This document shows, piece by piece, positions 37,301-42,713 of a DNA stretch of 64,000 bases. This DNA is from Verrucomicrobia bacterium UBA6176 (GTDB taxonomy: Bacteria; Verrucomicrobiota; Verrucomicrobiia; Limisphaerales; UBA9464): the NCBI GenBank assembly GCA_002422905.1, contig DITU01000107.1, forward strand, positions 134,633 to 198,632. Reading direction: 5' to 3'. Position 1 is the stretch's first letter. Every line of letters begins with the position of its first letter. Below the pieces are notes generated by a model. It was given only the letters and a program-made list of their open reading frames with translations, searched no databases and was not told where the DNA came from. The translations under genes were made by a program, and so were the position numbers.

Positions 37301-39219
37301 GATTGTTCATCGACTACGAGGCCACCCTCGAACATGAGGATCGTTTTGGTGAACGGGGCGCCTCCGTCTTTGAAGGCGTCGAGATCCATGAACTCATCCA
37401 TCAGGTCGAGGCCGACCGAACCCTCTCCGACGGCAAACCCGATTTCCTCGTCAACGACGTGAAGGATCCGGATGACCTTCCGGACACGCTCCACCTGAGC
37501 GATGGCTCGATCCATCCGGTCACGGTGATTCGCGAGGGTGCGGCGGATGGCGCGCCCACCGCCGACGATCTCGAAGTGGAGATCACGCTGCCGGCACCCA
37601 ACGGTTGGGTCTATCTCCGGATCCCGGATCCCGCCCGAGGCCAATTCCAATTGGATCGGGTGCGGCGTCCCGACGGATCCAGTTTCCTCGCCCCGACCAA
37701 TGCGTGGGTGACGGACCGTACCTTCATAGGTCTGGGACGACGTCCGATCCTGGAACACACGCTGCACCTGCTCGACCACAATTCCCCCGGACGCTACACG
37801 CTGGTGTATCGGCGGGATGAATCCGTGCCGGACACGGTGGCGCCGACGAGTCGGGTGGCGGTGTTGCCGGGCACCAGTCCGGCCTTGATCCCGGTGCGTT
37901 GGACCGGCGCGGATGATGCCCTGGGGTCAGGCGTGGATTCCTACGACATCTTCGTGTCGATCAATGACGGACCCTTCCAGCGCTGGCTCACCGGGACCCG
38001 CAACCAGTCGGCCTTCTATCAGGCGGCGGCCGGTCGTCGGTACTCCTTCTATTCCCTCGCCCGCGACATCGCCGGCAATGTCGAATCGGCGCCGTCCACC
38101 CCCGACGCGTTCACCATCGCCACCGGCAATTCCGCGCCGGAACTGGAGCCGGTGGCGGATGTGACAGTCGACGAAGGGCAACGTGCCGAGACCCAGTTGC
38201 GGGCAACCGACCTGGATCTTCCCGGCGACACCTTGAGATATGAATTGGTGTCCGGCCCGGCCGGGGCGGCGGTGAATGCGGAGACGGGCCGGTTCACCTG
38301 GCTGACCGGTGAGGCCGATGGCCCGTTCAACCATCTGATCCGGGTCCGCGTCAGTGATGACGGGGAGCCGCCGGCATCGGTCGAACGTTCCTTCCAGGTG
38401 ATCGTGCGCGAGGTCAATCAGCCGGTGTCGCTGCAGCCGGTCGCCGCGTCCTACACAGTCGCTGAAGGCACCCCATTCCGGCTTCAACTGGTCGCCCAGG
38501 ATCCGGATCTCCCGGCCAATCCGCTGCGCTATTCCCTGTTGGCCGGGTCACCCGATGGCGCCGTCATCGGGGTCACGTCCGGTGAGATCGTCTGGGTGCC
38601 GTCGGAAGAGCAGGGCGGAAGTAGTCACACCTTTGAAGTGGAGGTCTCCGACCAAGGCTCGCCAGCGAGCACGGCCCGGTTGGGATTCCGGGTGGATGTC
38701 AGCAAGGTGAACTCGCCTCCGCAATTGGTGGCGATCCCAGGTGGAACGGTCTGGGAAGGGGACCTGGTCGAACGCCAGGCGTTGGGGACCGATCCGGATC
38801 TGCCGGTGCAGGCGTTGGGATACGAACTGGGCACCGGGGCTGCATCCGGTGCGGCGCTGGATCCGGGCACAGGCCGGTTCACCTGGGAACCGTTGGAGGA
38901 ACATGCCTCGTTGATCCATCCGTTCACGGTGATCGTTCGCGATTCGGGTGACCCGATCCTGGCGGCAGAACGGACCTTCAGCATCGAGGTGCGACCGCTG
39001 AAGGCGGGATTGAACACGCCGGACCGGGCGTTGAACGGGGATGTCTCCTTCCGGTTCAAGGGAGACGTGGGCGTCCGCAACCGGTTGGAAGGATCCATCG
39101 ACCTGATCGACTGGTTGCCGTTGTTCGAGTTCACCCCGACCAAACCGGTGATCCCGCTGACCGACCGGTCCTCCGCAGCCTTTCCGTGGCGGTACTATCG
39201 GGTGGTCCCCCGGGAATGA
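25360..39219 (+). CDS. Giant secreted multidomain surface or adhesin-like protein (about 4620 aa): signal peptide, LamG, six 181-aa repeats, PA14, CARDB array, Calx-beta-like array, CarboxypepD_reg-like units, unassigned Cys-rich core, FN3, three cadherin/He_PIG-like units and a conserved C-terminal tail
   Basis: It is a single uninterrupted frame from 25333 to 39219. I chose the ATG at 25360 because it gives a standard signal peptide (MNSSVLRPWCWLSVLLLAQIAVAQE). The LamG-like region ends in FAGMLDEIVFFDRALSAAEV. The PA14 region reads GLLAEYWPG..FSRWTGELVAP..YTISDDGIRVWIGD..YPLRVEHYDGGGGA. The CARDB units repeatedly begin with PDL..V. The cadherin-like units begin with NSAPELEPVADVTVDEG, NQPVSLQPVAASYTVAEG and NSPPQLVAIPGGTVWEG. 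Confidence 0.9.
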   Translation: MNSSVLRPWCWLSVLLLAQIAVAQECVPGPRGMMGWWRGEGTPASLFDLNPPATTGVGYAAGRVGQGMLLGGAGAGVDLGSPPFLDVQNFTVQAWVRRSSTDAVASDGSATGWIVARGAGGFGFGIGQDGRLQFEAVGMAAPVFSTAAITDTEFHHVAVVRSEVTVTFHLDGVVVGAQAFPTVLGYGGKAAIGRRGDTGTGSFAGMLDEIVFFDRALSAAEVAGIHGAAGAGICLPPVDVANDIPVATERLVQGSGAVGNLTATSDGFGIDGLLRIESAGGGYLSAVAITSGAVTNHAGGVISIRQGTQGPRSFDGPLINRGLFEATWPMTYTASVGSWMNYGELNLTGSGSVSLRGATRLDLVDGAVTGGSALDGNGVDVRFLGGTLSGTPSLLNSRLEFDPRNTHAGSFLLMGSGSVLVGGLRPGQMVTIAGSGAAGNTSLRAPHGLRSAGQVRLESRDGGYLSQINVTGGPLVNEAGGILESTRGAAGPRAISGNLENEGMFRIDWPLSLIASEGTHVNRGEIMVSSGMTLGLSGANQTFRQVAGSIRADGVFDLSGMRFDYEGGEISGTAYLDGVDLRLHPTGTDPVSLILARSSSRVTGRLNANQSLWVRGDGRVGNTMIPFLGGFINEGSLRIESADGGYVSGISVEGGPFENRAGGTLLIRRGAAGPRTLAAELVNDGVVSVQWPATFGRAGAIHRNRANLTIFPGITLSAAGGGQEFRQEAGLLDIQGGLDLSDLRFVFEGGEIVGVPYLDGVRLRVGTATGPGEFNLTRSSSTVEGTLRAGQVLNIRGDGRGSHTAVTAPAGLENEGTIRLMSANGGYHSELRVLTGPMRNRAGGLLHVQRGAEGSRLLTAALENEGTLRISWPMTLGQADAVHVNRGRIEVDTGMSLVIAGANQTFRQEAGVLDGQGGVDFSNIRLDYLAGDITGQPYLDNVRLFIGEDAVRPVNFILGRTGSQVRGKVHVGQSLWIRGDGRVSHTAVEAPDGLAIGGLVRLESVNGGYHVELGSGAGLHTLPGGRIQVGRGADGARVISAPLLNEGALEVKWPLSLGGAGLVHVNRGDITVDPGMELTLGGAGQRLVQEGGTLRVNGAMLLDDDTFRYAGGVVEGTVRIRNSRLELPPSAGPGGLFEALGITTVTGSIPAAVTVTVEGNGEGSHATANLPGGLFNSGVLRVTTRNGGYSVLVSSPNAPVVNEPSGTFEVLRGTDGARRIDAAVVNRGYLDLQWPVRIGRGTAGVVSEGRVRIAPGVGVVLDGPMQLTRGRLDGAGMVTGHVVSEALVAPGSGLATLRVEGSYRQGARGILELELDGAAHDQLVVTGGASLGGLVRVVTAAGFVPEVGRSFAVMTGSLDGNRPRLELPTLPEGRVWRVDYTGGITLRVMAEPGTTPAGSIAGTITDPEGQPVPDLPVLLNVGQTRGLLAEYWPGTTPTGAATLRRVEPTLNNRWGNGSPGAGIGDVFFSRWTGELVAPMTETFQIYTISDDGIRVWIGDTQVINDWTSHPDVENSGTIELEAGRVYPLRVEHYDGGGGATAVLQWSSPSVAREVIPSSALIPPPSAPALILDQFATVTDADGRYDLAVGAGVWTVDVGGLEALGFEPVTPVQVEVEEALVTVDFQLALALGDRLPDLVASAPTASATGVAGQTMEVGWTTSNTGENTAKKPWRESVLLGRQPSGFDAVEIGRFESDEDLAPGTGMARTLIAQLPAGLSGTWYLFIRVDTGLAVDEGAGEVNNLSAPRAIQLFIGDLVVDEVLAPGTLAWGDSVEISWVVRNAGGSPVASPWTDSVYFSQTASGGMLLGEVSPARTTPLAPGETHTNTLRVTIPLNSQNTPGSYLFLVRTDRTGVQPEANDGNNLGVSTPVAFTRPSPPDLAVTAIEVPASVQAGRPVEVRWTVMNLGNTVAVGPWRDVIALAATPEGVEPVTLVTAEFNDPIEPGGTRVRSRQILFPANRAGIHALVVTTDSADQVFEGGDPLNNTRVHPVPLEIAAPDLVPLVVETMDGRLGEALPVSWVIRNAGNAAGEGEWIDRLILVGISGERVLGQWTRPGAEGFIAGTTYTQSVNVTVPLAAGLAPGAFTLRLQSDARADLLESDEGNNTTASAPFQLSLPPLPDLRVATVTGPPTALPGETANVVWKLLNGGVAEIPAGVVVRIDLVPPAPAPIQFLSSVRLETPLAAGAEGEWMTPVRIPASAAGAIVFRVTADVANEVFESDEGNNAGESAVATLVARQLGLVLPVGSIAENATPPTVRARVSRSGPVTELLAVNVSGSDTNELVMPAVVEIAAGSTFAEFDLTVVADGRVDGPKVVQITAAADGFNPGLANLTVLDVDRATLSLLVETNRIREGLTLPVILRRSEAALEPIQIDVGSSSADLLPPATVTLPAGEVEVAFALLAADNDRLEGSRAVQLEVSAPGDVAALLDLEVIDDDDPGLTLRIDPAQIGEADGPMAATATLRRARGLARAQRVRVAVDDPARVVVPLEVIFGAGRDEVSFAVGAVNNRDNDGAAVARVTASIVETLSGRVLAVSEPVTVTVQDDDSAALRLSLGGGVAREGLAPAFNGVITRNSDTALALTVRLSSSDVGEATVPETVVIPAGQTSAPFPVTTLEDGAVDGNQRLTLTAAADGHAPASASLTVTDGDLPDLVFTTLTVAATGITGGDAMFVYRVLNQGFSDAAGPFIQRVYLSRDGFLGADDVLIDEATHTGMLPPGGSFQRDLSRRLPGQAGDWHVIAVVDATGAVGEVLEDNNRAVGATLIRIEPAYTATVETEVNAAPAGTPVPLRGRAVRPGGAAAGGEWVDIQVRVHGTQRILKALTDAEGRFETVFQPLAGEYGRYEVAAGHPGAVGPATQDEFELLGLRPEPDLQFTRIVPGRTNTILVDLRNPNERSLTGIQFEGSMVEDLGMHIVGPTQLEAGGAAPVTVQVWSKEERDAVGRFVVRATSAEGAFITFSVDYTVELPQPRLVARPARIDAGMVRGQQGVIEFEIANIGGAGSGPLDVTLPDLPWLRPASTPPLPGIEPGGTVRITLLTTPDETVPLGVHDGRLAVGNDTGRVSVPFSIRHVSDALGDLEVTAHDENTYYGNGALVAGAAVTLRDVFDNRALHTAVTDTNGTVRLAGLPEGTYNLEVSAPRHDSFLKTITIAPGVLNPVVAFLRTQLVRYNWRVEEVDFQETATIRLETLFETAVPIPVVTIEPAAIDLTGVEGDEHTVEMRITNQGLIAVQSVDLRFEDGSTWRVIPLATDLGAIPPRSSITVPVTFVRIQEQVARGNRLAGPAAGFVAPLSATDCRTPSLGVGWELLCGQFGVAYWSPVFVLDHSLCPPPPLVIARDPLGFLDYIPHYPYVPPPNGGAPHARRGFPIDVGWGPRGFVSHSGTNDCNCLKDGFAENCLSAEAGFKADASAAAQAVLTAVLGPIKWISVQGFEVKFSGSAKLCTCCEEVDGQGVTGLKAEGDVGGSIEAKIFAGPQLQISPPGINVPGLNDAEVEFFVGAGVELTANGSIKLSAKTECFLEKPQVFVDARVQLRTPIGLKGKGKVKGFDPTLGRVVEYEGEAFAGIDMGAYAYYSGFIVGGTGEPTIDGCVDAIVLKAELKTTLSVSAQQEISPKVCLSDSGANAVLASLPRHTEAEAVSRILGFESPDALVVGVTHREEAAAALPADPTSRELSDALVRQLGLKPVGTAGVAGVPVFTQSMASAQSQDEARQSASELRRSARSARPAAGNDGVCAQVKLEIEQQAVVTRKGIGTTLEIINESIDTPLTEIGVSIQIYDRAGNVVNDRFVILPPELTRLAPMGQAPTNRLLLGGLALTLPPDTTGSARWLIVPKDTAAPEEPTDYFVGGHLAYRSGDITKTAELSPGQVTVYPNARLHLKYFHQRDVFADDPFTDEIEPSLPFVLGVMVENRGRGTARNFSITSAQPRIVDNAKGLLIHFDIVATEVAGNAVSPSLTAGFGDIDPGDIAIGRWLLKSSLQGLFIDYEATLEHEDRFGERGASVFEGVEIHELIHQVEADRTLSDGKPDFLVNDVKDPDDLPDTLHLSDGSIHPVTVIREGAADGAPTADDLEVEITLPAPNGWVYLRIPDPARGQFQLDRVRRPDGSSFLAPTNAWVTDRTFIGLGRRPILEHTLHLLDHNSPGRYTLVYRRDESVPDTVAPTSRVAVLPGTSPALIPVRWTGADDALGSGVDSYDIFVSINDGPFQRWLTGTRNQSAFYQAAAGRRYSFYSLARDIAGNVESAPSTPDAFTIATGNSAPELEPVADVTVDEGQRAETQLRATDLDLPGDTLRYELVSGPAGAAVNAETGRFTWLTGEADGPFNHLIRVRVSDDGEPPASVERSFQVIVREVNQPVSLQPVAASYTVAEGTPFRLQLVAQDPDLPANPLRYSLLAGSPDGAVIGVTSGEIVWVPSEEQGGSSHTFEVEVSDQGSPASTARLGFRVDVSKVNSPPQLVAIPGGTVWEGDLVERQALGTDPDLPVQALGYELGTGAASGAALDPGTGRFTWEPLEEHASLIHPFTVIVRDSGDPILAAERTFSIEVRPLKAGLNTPDRALNGDVSFRFKGDVGVRNRLEGSIDLIDWLPLFEFTPTKPVIPLTDRSSAAFPWRYYRVVPRE
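26100..29250 (+). repeat. Six in-frame tandem coding repeats of 180-182 codons inside the giant gene
   Basis: The Tyr codon of the conserved (D/N)GGY motif sits at 26206, 26749, 27295, 27838, 28384 and 28924, a spacing of 540-546 nt. Each unit also repeats ..AGG.L...RGA.GPR......NEG.....WP. Confidence 0.85.
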
Positions 39220-39230
39220 ATCCGGGAACG

Positions 39231-39254
39231 GGGGCGGGGAGACCCGCTCCTTTC
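39231..39254 (+). terminator. Possible intrinsic terminator after the giant gene
   Basis: GGGGCGGG (39231-39238), a GAGA loop and CCCGCTCC (39243-39250) form an 8-bp stem with one G-U pair, followed by TTTCAG. The U-tract is weak. Confidence 0.3.
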
Positions 39255-39311
39255 AGCTGGATCCGGGTTGTTTGCGGCGGGGTCGGTATCGGTCGTCGCC
39301 TGGACCGCTGT

Positions 39312-39674
39312 TCATTGGGATCGGGACCGTTCGATCAATTCCAGGTCGGCCCTGGCCCGGGCATCGCCGGCGGCGGCGCGCCGGAGGAGTTCGGCGGTGA
39401 GCGCCTGGGAAGCCTGTTCCACCGACTGCAATTGCTGGGCGGACAGGCCTTCGGTCCGTTTCACGTCCTGCAAGGCCACCACACCCACGCCGAGGTCATT
39501 GGTCCGGGCGGCGGCGAGGGCGAGGGCGAGGGCTGGATTGCCGGAGGTCTCGGGGAACGCGGATTGAAGCTCCTGAAGCCCGGCTTCGGGAGTGGGTTCG
39601 CTGTTGGTGCACCCGCACAGGGCACCGATCAGGAGCAGGATCAAAGGCGCATGGGAACGGTTGGGAAGGTTCAT
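39312..39674 (-). CDS. Small lipoprotein, hypothetical
   Basis: It has a lipobox (LLLIGALCGCT) followed by an Ala/Leu-rich helical part. It starts 4 nt after the stop of the upstream pseudopilin-like gene. Confidence 0.55.
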   Translation of the reverse strand: MNLPNRSHAPLILLLIGALCGCTNSEPTPEAGLQELQSAFPETSGNPALALALAAARTNDLGVGVVALQDVKRTEGLSAQQLQSVEQASQALTAELLRRAAAGDARARADLELIERSRSQ

Positions 39675-39677
39675 GGC

Positions 39678-40430
39678 TCAGCGTCCGTTCCGGGAGTTGG
39701 GGAAGCACCAGAGACTGTTGCGGGAGTTTTCCGCCAACAATTGGTAGTAGCGCTGCCACTTGAGGTACTCGACGTGTCCCCCGATCAGCCCGACCACGGC
39801 CCCGGTGTTGTGCCGGCGCGAAAAGCCTTCTGAAGGACTGGAGGAACCGTCGTTGAAATAGCCCGGATCCTTTTCATCGGTCTCCCAGAAGATCATGTCG
39901 GTGGGCTGGAAACTGCTGACCTTGAAGGTCCGACCCTGGGCTCCGGCGGACCAGTCGAAGCTCGAAGGACTGTTGATCACCACGCCGCTCATCAGGTAGC
40001 TGGTGAATTTGATGGTGCTGGAACGCCAGGCCAGCGTGTTGGTCTTGTGGCTGGGACACAGGTACATCTTGCGGCTCTGCAGGGTCCGATAGAACAGCCC
40101 GTTCACGGGCCCGGGAAAGTTGGTGGAGACCGCCAGGGCCGCTCCCGGCTTGTAGAGCCAGCCCGCCGGCAGCGCCGGGTTCGCCGCGCCCGCCGCACCG
40201 CCACAGTTCGGTGGGGCGATGTGATCGTTGTTGTCCCCGACATACATCATGTGGGCCAACAGGATCTGTTTCTGGTTGTTGATGCACTGGGTGCGCAGCG
40301 CCTGCTCCTTCGCCTTCGCCAGCGCGGGCAACAACATGCCAGCCAGGATGGCGATGATGGCGATCACCACCAGCAACTCGATCAACGTGAAGGCTCGGAT
40401 GGGAGGAGAAGGGATGCGGTGGGGGCTCAT
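39678..40430 (-). CDS. Prepilin-type N-terminal cleavage/methylation domain protein (second pseudopilin-like paralogue)
   Basis: The ATG is at 40430 ([44 protein letters not shown]). The C-terminus is [19 protein letters not shown]. Confidence 0.85.
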   Translation of the reverse strand: MSPHRIPSPPIRAFTLIELLVVIAIIAILAGMLLPALAKAKEQALRTQCINNQKQILLAHMMYVGDNNDHIAPPNCGGAAGAANPALPAGWLYKPGAALAVSTNFPGPVNGLFYRTLQSRKMYLCPSHKTNTLAWRSSTIKFTSYLMSGVVINSPSSFDWSAGAQGRTFKVSSFQPTDMIFWETDEKDPGYFNDGSSSPSEGFSRRHNTGAVVGLIGGHVEYLKWQRYYQLLAENSRNSLWCFPNSRNGR

Positions 40431-40535
40431 GCGCGACTTCCATTGCCCGGACCCCATCCGATGCGGCCACGTTTCAACCGCTGTTCAGCAAGGCTTCCGG
40501 TGATGGTCGACAGCCTAGAAATCGACTCCCGCCCG

Positions 40536-41390
40536 TCAAGCCTGCTGGCAGTGCTCCTGCGCCAGGTAGGTCAACCGGCCCGACACCGCCTCGATGGTCT
40601 CGTCCGGGGTGGATGTCCCCGCCGTCAAACCCACGATGTCGTCGGGTTTGAACCATCCGGGATCCAGGTCGTCCGGGCCTTCCACCTGATGCACCCGGGC
40701 ACAGCCGCGTGCGCAGGTGGCGGAGAGTTGGCGGGTGTTGTTGCTGTGCCGTCCACCCACCACCACCACCACCGAGCATTGTCGGGCCAGGTTCTCCGCC
40801 GCCTGTTGCCGGTCCTTGGTCGGCTGACAGACCGTGTCCCGAAACCGGACTTCGGATTGCGGGAAACGTCGCTTCAAACAATCCACCAGGTGCCGGACCC
40901 GGTCGATCGGTTGCGTGGTCTGGCTCACCACGCCGAACAGCGGACGAGGTTCCAGGGCGTCGATCTCCGATTCCGTCAGCACGATGTCGCATCCGGGATG
41001 ATCCTCGGCGAGGCCGCGGACCTCGACGTGGTGGGCCTGGCCGATGATCACCGGGTGACAACCCTGGTTGACCAGGGTGTCGAGCGCGGCGTGGGCGCGA
41101 TGGACCAGGGGACAGGTGGTTTCGGTGACTTCGAGTCCCATGGCTTCCAGCGACGCGATGCGGCGTCGCGAGGCGCCATGGGCGGTGATGAGCACCCGGC
41201 GGGTGGGGACATCGGATGGATCCGACCGGGTGAGGACGCCGCGGGAGCGGAGGGACTCGATGACGGTGGGGTTGTGGACGAGTTCACCGAGGACGGTGAC
41301 GGGTCCGGAGGTGGCGGCGAGGGTGGCGTCGCGGACGGCATCACGAACACCGAAACACCAGCCGAGATGGGAGGCGCGAAGGATCTTCAT
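40536..41390 (-). CDS. ispH: 4-hydroxy-3-methylbut-2-enyl diphosphate reductase
   Basis: The motifs are GWCFGVRDAV, ELVHNP, ITAHG, TCPLVHRAH, IIGQAHHVEV, VSQTT, DTVCQPT and VVVVGGRHSNNTRQL. Confidence 0.95.
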   Translation of the reverse strand: MKILRASHLGWCFGVRDAVRDATLAATSGPVTVLGELVHNPTVIESLRSRGVLTRSDPSDVPTRRVLITAHGASRRRIASLEAMGLEVTETTCPLVHRAHAALDTLVNQGCHPVIIGQAHHVEVRGLAEDHPGCDIVLTESEIDALEPRPLFGVVSQTTQPIDRVRHLVDCLKRRFPQSEVRFRDTVCQPTKDRQQAAENLARQCSVVVVVGGRHSNNTRQLSATCARGCARVHQVEGPDDLDPGWFKPDDIVGLTAGTSTPDETIEAVSGRLTYLAQEHCQQA

Positions 41391-41454
41391 GAGAAGCTTT
41401 GCATTACAAAGTTTGTGGACCTGGACTGGAAAGGCTTGTTCAAGAAAGGAAGGG

Positions 41455-41766
41455 TCAGAGTGCGGAACGGGCCTCGTGGACGACCTGTTCGAGATGATGC
41501 AGGTAATCGGCGAAGGCCTTGCGGCCGGCGGAGGTGAGGGAGCAGGTGGTGAGGGGGCGGGAATCCTGGTAGGCCTTGGTCACGGCGAGGTATCCGGCCT
41601 CCTGCAACGTGCGGATATGACTGGTGAGATTGCCGTCGGTCAGCTGGAGGGTTTCGCGCAGCTCGGTGAAGGAGAGTTCAGGAGTGGCGGCCAGCATCGA
41701 CATGATGGCGAGCCGCACCTTTTCGTGGATCACCCGGTCGAGCTGTAGCAGGTGGACGGGGTTCAC
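41455..41766 (-). CDS. Winged-helix transcriptional regulator (HTH_34-like, about 100 aa)
   Basis: A GTG at 41766 overlaps the upstream stop (GTGA). The sequence LLQLDRVIHEKVRLAIMSMLAATPELSFTELRETLQLTDGNLTSHIRTLQEAGYLAVTK..LTSAGRKAFADYLHHLEQVV matches this small wHTH family. Confidence 0.75.
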   Translation of the reverse strand: MNPVHLLQLDRVIHEKVRLAIMSMLAATPELSFTELRETLQLTDGNLTSHIRTLQEAGYLAVTKAYQDSRPLTTCSLTSAGRKAFADYLHHLEQVVHEARSAL

Positions 41767-42398
41767 GACGTGCTCCGACGTTCGGTCCAGTGCAGGTAGA
41801 TTCCGTAGGCCAGATGGCCCAGGCCGAAACCCAGTCCCATGGCCAGGTGCGCATGGTTCACAGGCGGAAACTGGTTGAGCGGGCAGGTCCACCAGAGCAG
41901 CAGGGCTGCGCCGGCAAGGAGATAACTCCAGCCAAGCAACCGGATCCCGCGTCGCATGAAGAACCCGGCGGCATGCAGCGCACAGCCATACAGGATCATC
42001 CAGAGCGCAGGCAGCAACCACACCACCCGACGCGCCCAGTCTTCACCCAGAAGGAACGGAACCGACAACAGGGCCCCGGCGGTGAGGGGCGGCAGGAAGG
42101 CGGTGCATACCCGACGCGTGGGCGGTGACCAGAAGGGTTCGCCCTCCCGGATCGCCTGGCGCCGGGCGATGATCAACGCGGCGCCGAACCCGGCGAACGC
42201 AGTGCCGAGCCACCAACCGGCGAACTGGATCGAGGAGTCCATGCCGGTGAAGACGGCTCCCAGCGCGGCGATGCTCCCGAGGCTGCCGGCCGCCAGGCAG
42301 ATGGGCCCGAGCGCTCGCCGGTAAAGGGCGGATCGCTCCATGAGAATCCGGATGGTCTCCAACTGCTCCAGCGCTGAACGCGGGTCCATTGGGGTCAT
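41763..42398 (-). CDS. Hypothetical integral membrane protein (about 6 TM)
   Basis: The ATG is at 42398 (MTPMDPRSALEQLETIRILMERS..). It has several hydrophobic helices and is translationally coupled to the downstream wHTH gene. Confidence 0.6.
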   Translation of the reverse strand: MTPMDPRSALEQLETIRILMERSALYRRALGPICLAAGSLGSIAALGAVFTGMDSSIQFAGWWLGTAFAGFGAALIIARRQAIREGEPFWSPPTRRVCTAFLPPLTAGALLSVPFLLGEDWARRVVWLLPALWMILYGCALHAAGFFMRRGIRLLGWSYLLAGAALLLWWTCPLNQFPPVNHAHLAMGLGFGLGHLAYGIYLHWTERRSTS

Positions 42399-42713
42399 CT
42401 TTGCCGCGCAAAGTGACCTTCTGCAATTCGGAAAATGCCGGACATGGAAGTCTGTCGGCGCGGACGCAGCCGAGGGTCCGCAAGGTCTTGGAGTGCGCCA
42501 GTCTTCTGATGCCTTGAGTCGATGGTTTGCCCGCACCCTGAACCAGATCGTGCGCAGGACGCTTCGCGTCCGTAGGGGCATGGAGGCGTCTGGATGCAGC
42601 CGTCCTGCTGGTCACGCGCTACCGGCGACCCAACGTCGTCGCTCCGGACTGGATGCATGACTTGCGGAGCGGACCGCTTTCAGCCCAGCCTCCCGGGCCC
42701 GCTACGGGCGGAA

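Noticed and set aside
39186-39833. A plus-strand 215-aa ORF downstream of the giant gene.
   Set aside because: It lies antisense to a minus-strand ORF that has a proper lipobox signal peptide and is tightly spaced behind the pseudopilin-like gene. The plus-strand product is Gly/Pro-rich and featureless.
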